The position numbers and the translations under genes are program-made. The notes beneath the pieces are model-generated. The model had not been told where the DNA came from. It saw nothing but the letters and a program-made list of their open reading frames with translations, and did no database searches. From the IMG/VR virus record IMGVR_UViG_3300017978_000322, positions 1-25,991 of that record: 25,991 nucleotides of DNA; one strand, written 5' to 3'. Of this stretch, positions 24,595-25,991 are shown one piece after another. The stretch is from a virus (taxonomy: Duplodnaviria > Caudoviricetes). Positions within the stretch are counted from its first letter, which is position 1, and each line of letters starts with the position of its first letter.

Positions 24595-24761
24595 TCGACC
24601 CAAACAAACTGCAATACTTCACCATGGCCTCATGGATGCGCGGCTACGCCGCCGGGCTGGACGAGTACCAGCACAAGACCTTGATCCACAAGCTCAACAA
24701 AGCAGCGGACATGCTCGACGCTGTGTGGGGTAAGTACACGCAAGAAGAGGAAAACAAATGA
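24591..24761 (+). CDS. 56-aa hypothetical protein (not in ORF track)
   Basis: MIDPNKLQYFTMASWMRGYAAGL...; SD AAGGAG; ATGA coupling. Confidence 0.65.
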   Translation: MIDPNKLQYFTMASWMRGYAAGLDEYQHKTLIHKLNKAADMLDAVWGKYTQEEENK

Positions 24762-24988
24762 ACGCAGAAGAAATAAACAAGGCCTTTGACGAGGAGTACA
24801 TCAAGTACCGCGCCGCCTTCCCCAAAGACTACCGCTTGCCAAAGCGTGAGTGGGTGGGGCTTGACCTTTCAGAGATGGACGCCATCATCGACGGCAACAT
24901 GACAATCACTGACTCAAAATTACGCGATGCCGTATACGCGGTAGTGATCGACACAATGACAACTTTGATGGAGAAGAACCATGGCTAA
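24758..24988 (+). CDS. Mosaic hypothetical protein (REWVGL...MEKNHG module)
   Basis: 76 aa; shares 23 identical nt with 24059..24433. Confidence 0.65.
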   Translation: MNAEEINKAFDEEYIKYRAAFPKDYRLPKREWVGLDLSEMDAIIDGNMTITDSKLRDAVYAVVIDTMTTLMEKNHG

Positions 24989-25217
24989 GCTGCCGTATAC
25001 ATTCACGATCTGCCCCGACCAAAACGCACCAAAGAGCTTCACTGCAAGCTGCGCTGAGATGGGGCGCTTACTTCAAGACAGCCCCGACGGCGACCTGACC
25101 ATCAACCAACGCCGCTTGGGCACTTGGGACGCATGGCTGGGCGGCGGACTGGATGCGCCGCTCGAAGAAAAGCTCCACGATCTTGTGCAGAAAAGGAAAG
25201 AAAAAAATGAACTGTAA
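24981..25217 (+). CDS. Hypothetical protein
   Basis: 78 aa, SD GGAG; overlaps both neighbours. Confidence 0.6.
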   Translation: MAKLPYTFTICPDQNAPKSFTASCAEMGRLLQDSPDGDLTINQRRLGTWDAWLGGGLDAPLEEKLHDLVQKRKEKNEL

Positions 25218-25392
25218 ATGCCACACCGACTCACCCTTCCACTGGAAGCAAAACCCAAGGCCGAGCATCTTCTTGCAAGACCCTTTCTTCCGCACCAAGA
25301 ACGCGGTAGTGAGCATTGACTACAAACAGTTTGGCATCTTCCTGCGAGCGCACCCACACATCAAACCGCAACCCAACAAACACGAGCTGTAA
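25207..25392 (+). CDS. Hypothetical protein
   Basis: ATG 25207, MNCKCHTDSPFHW; its stop overlaps the next start. Confidence 0.55.
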   Translation: MNCKCHTDSPFHWKQNPRPSIFLQDPFFRTKNAVVSIDYKQFGIFLRAHPHIKPQPNKHEL

Positions 25393-25643
25393 TGAGAACC
25401 TTTGCAACGCACGCCGTGCGCAAGCTACTGCGCGATAACCCTGACGGCATGGACGTAGGCACAATAGCCAACAACCTCGACCGAGAGCCGGGCAACATCC
25501 GCAAGCTGTTGCACACCATGCCTGACGCCTACATCGACCGCTGGACCCGGTTCGGCGGAATAGGCAGACACACCGCAATATGGTGCGTGGTCGTACCCCC
25601 AGAAAATTGCCCCCCACCTGAACCCAAACCAAGGAGAAACTGA
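25392..25643 (+). CDS. HTH-domain protein (paralog of 23563..23865)
   Basis: LLRDNPDGMDVGTIANNL...MPDAYIDRW...VPPENCPPP. Confidence 0.7.
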   Translation: MRTFATHAVRKLLRDNPDGMDVGTIANNLDREPGNIRKLLHTMPDAYIDRWTRFGGIGRHTAIWCVVVPPENCPPPEPKPRRN

Positions 25644-25644
25644 A

Positions 25645-25893
25645 ATGGAAAACAAATTCAACGGCACAAGCGCAGACGATCTACAGATCGGTGGCCAACA
25701 CTACAAAGACATGGGCATCCAGCCTTGGGCTGTGATGGAGGCGGTGCTCACGCACGAGGAGTTCGTGGGCTTCCTCAAGGGCAACGTCATCAAGTACGCC
25801 ATGCGCCAAGGCAAGAAGGACAGCGACGACGCCAACAAGGCACGGCACTACGCAGTCAAGCTGGCGGAGGTGCAGAATGGCAACAACACCTGA
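25645..25893 (+). CDS. DUF3310 / SaV-like protein (T7 gp1.7-related family)
   Basis: QIGGQHYK...IQPW...GFLKGNVIKYAMRQGKK...DANKARHY signature. Confidence 0.8.
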   Translation: MENKFNGTSADDLQIGGQHYKDMGIQPWAVMEAVLTHEEFVGFLKGNVIKYAMRQGKKDSDDANKARHYAVKLAEVQNGNNT

Positions 25894-25991
25894 AGGCAAA
25901 GTAAAAGCTGCGGTGCGCAAGATGCTGGCCAAGCACGGCATCTACTACTTCATGCCTCCGGGCATGGGGCTTGGGCGCTCGGGTATCCCCG
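25877..25991 (+). CDS. VRR-NUC / Holliday-junction resolvase-like nuclease, N-terminal part (runs off the window edge)
   Basis: MATTPEGKVKAAVRKMLAKHGIYYFMPPGMGLGRSGIP matches the PE..VK...G.G.SG.PD start of phage VRR-NUC proteins; SD GGAGG. Confidence 0.75.
   Translation, partial: MATTPEGKVKAAVRKMLAKHGIYYFMPPGMGLGRSGIP

Noticed and set aside
1-25991. tRNA, rRNA, integrase or transposase genes
   Set aside because: None recognised by eye. Lifestyle (temperate versus lytic) cannot be determined from this window.

Overview
The window is part of a tailed dsDNA phage genome (Caudoviricetes). It resembles uncultured freshwater phages, and a betaproteobacterial host is my inference. It has two divergent arms. 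The left arm (minus strand, 14352 to 1) is the packaging and morphogenesis operon: TerS, TerL, portal, GroES-like co-chaperonin, scaffold, capsid cement, major capsid protein, a free-standing HNH endonuclease, a cluster of small very basic proteins and head-tail/tail proteins. The right arm (plus strand, 14798 to the end) is a dense, translationally coupled array of mostly small early/accessory genes. It includes an M28/M20-type Zn peptidase with a Cys/acidic partner, HTH proteins, a DUF3310-like protein and the start of a VRR-NUC nuclease. The most striking signal is non-coding. A symmetric promoter at 14375-14423 appears to drive both the late operon and an ~87-nt intrinsically terminated small RNA (~14410-14496). 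The RNA's core (UUUGCUUUCUCCUUGGGU) is complementary, at up to 18/18 nt, to an extended Shine-Dalgarno motif shared by about a dozen right-arm genes but not by the structural genes. This suggests an anti-RBS sRNA that switches off early-gene translation. Also seen: seven copies of a 17-bp palindrome AGAGAGA-N3-TCTCTCT confined to the first 5.3 kb of the early arm, a nested-inverted-repeat origin-like region, and a double-pseudoknot-capable leader RNA downstream of the capsid gene. All product calls come from motif recognition by eye; no database searches were run.
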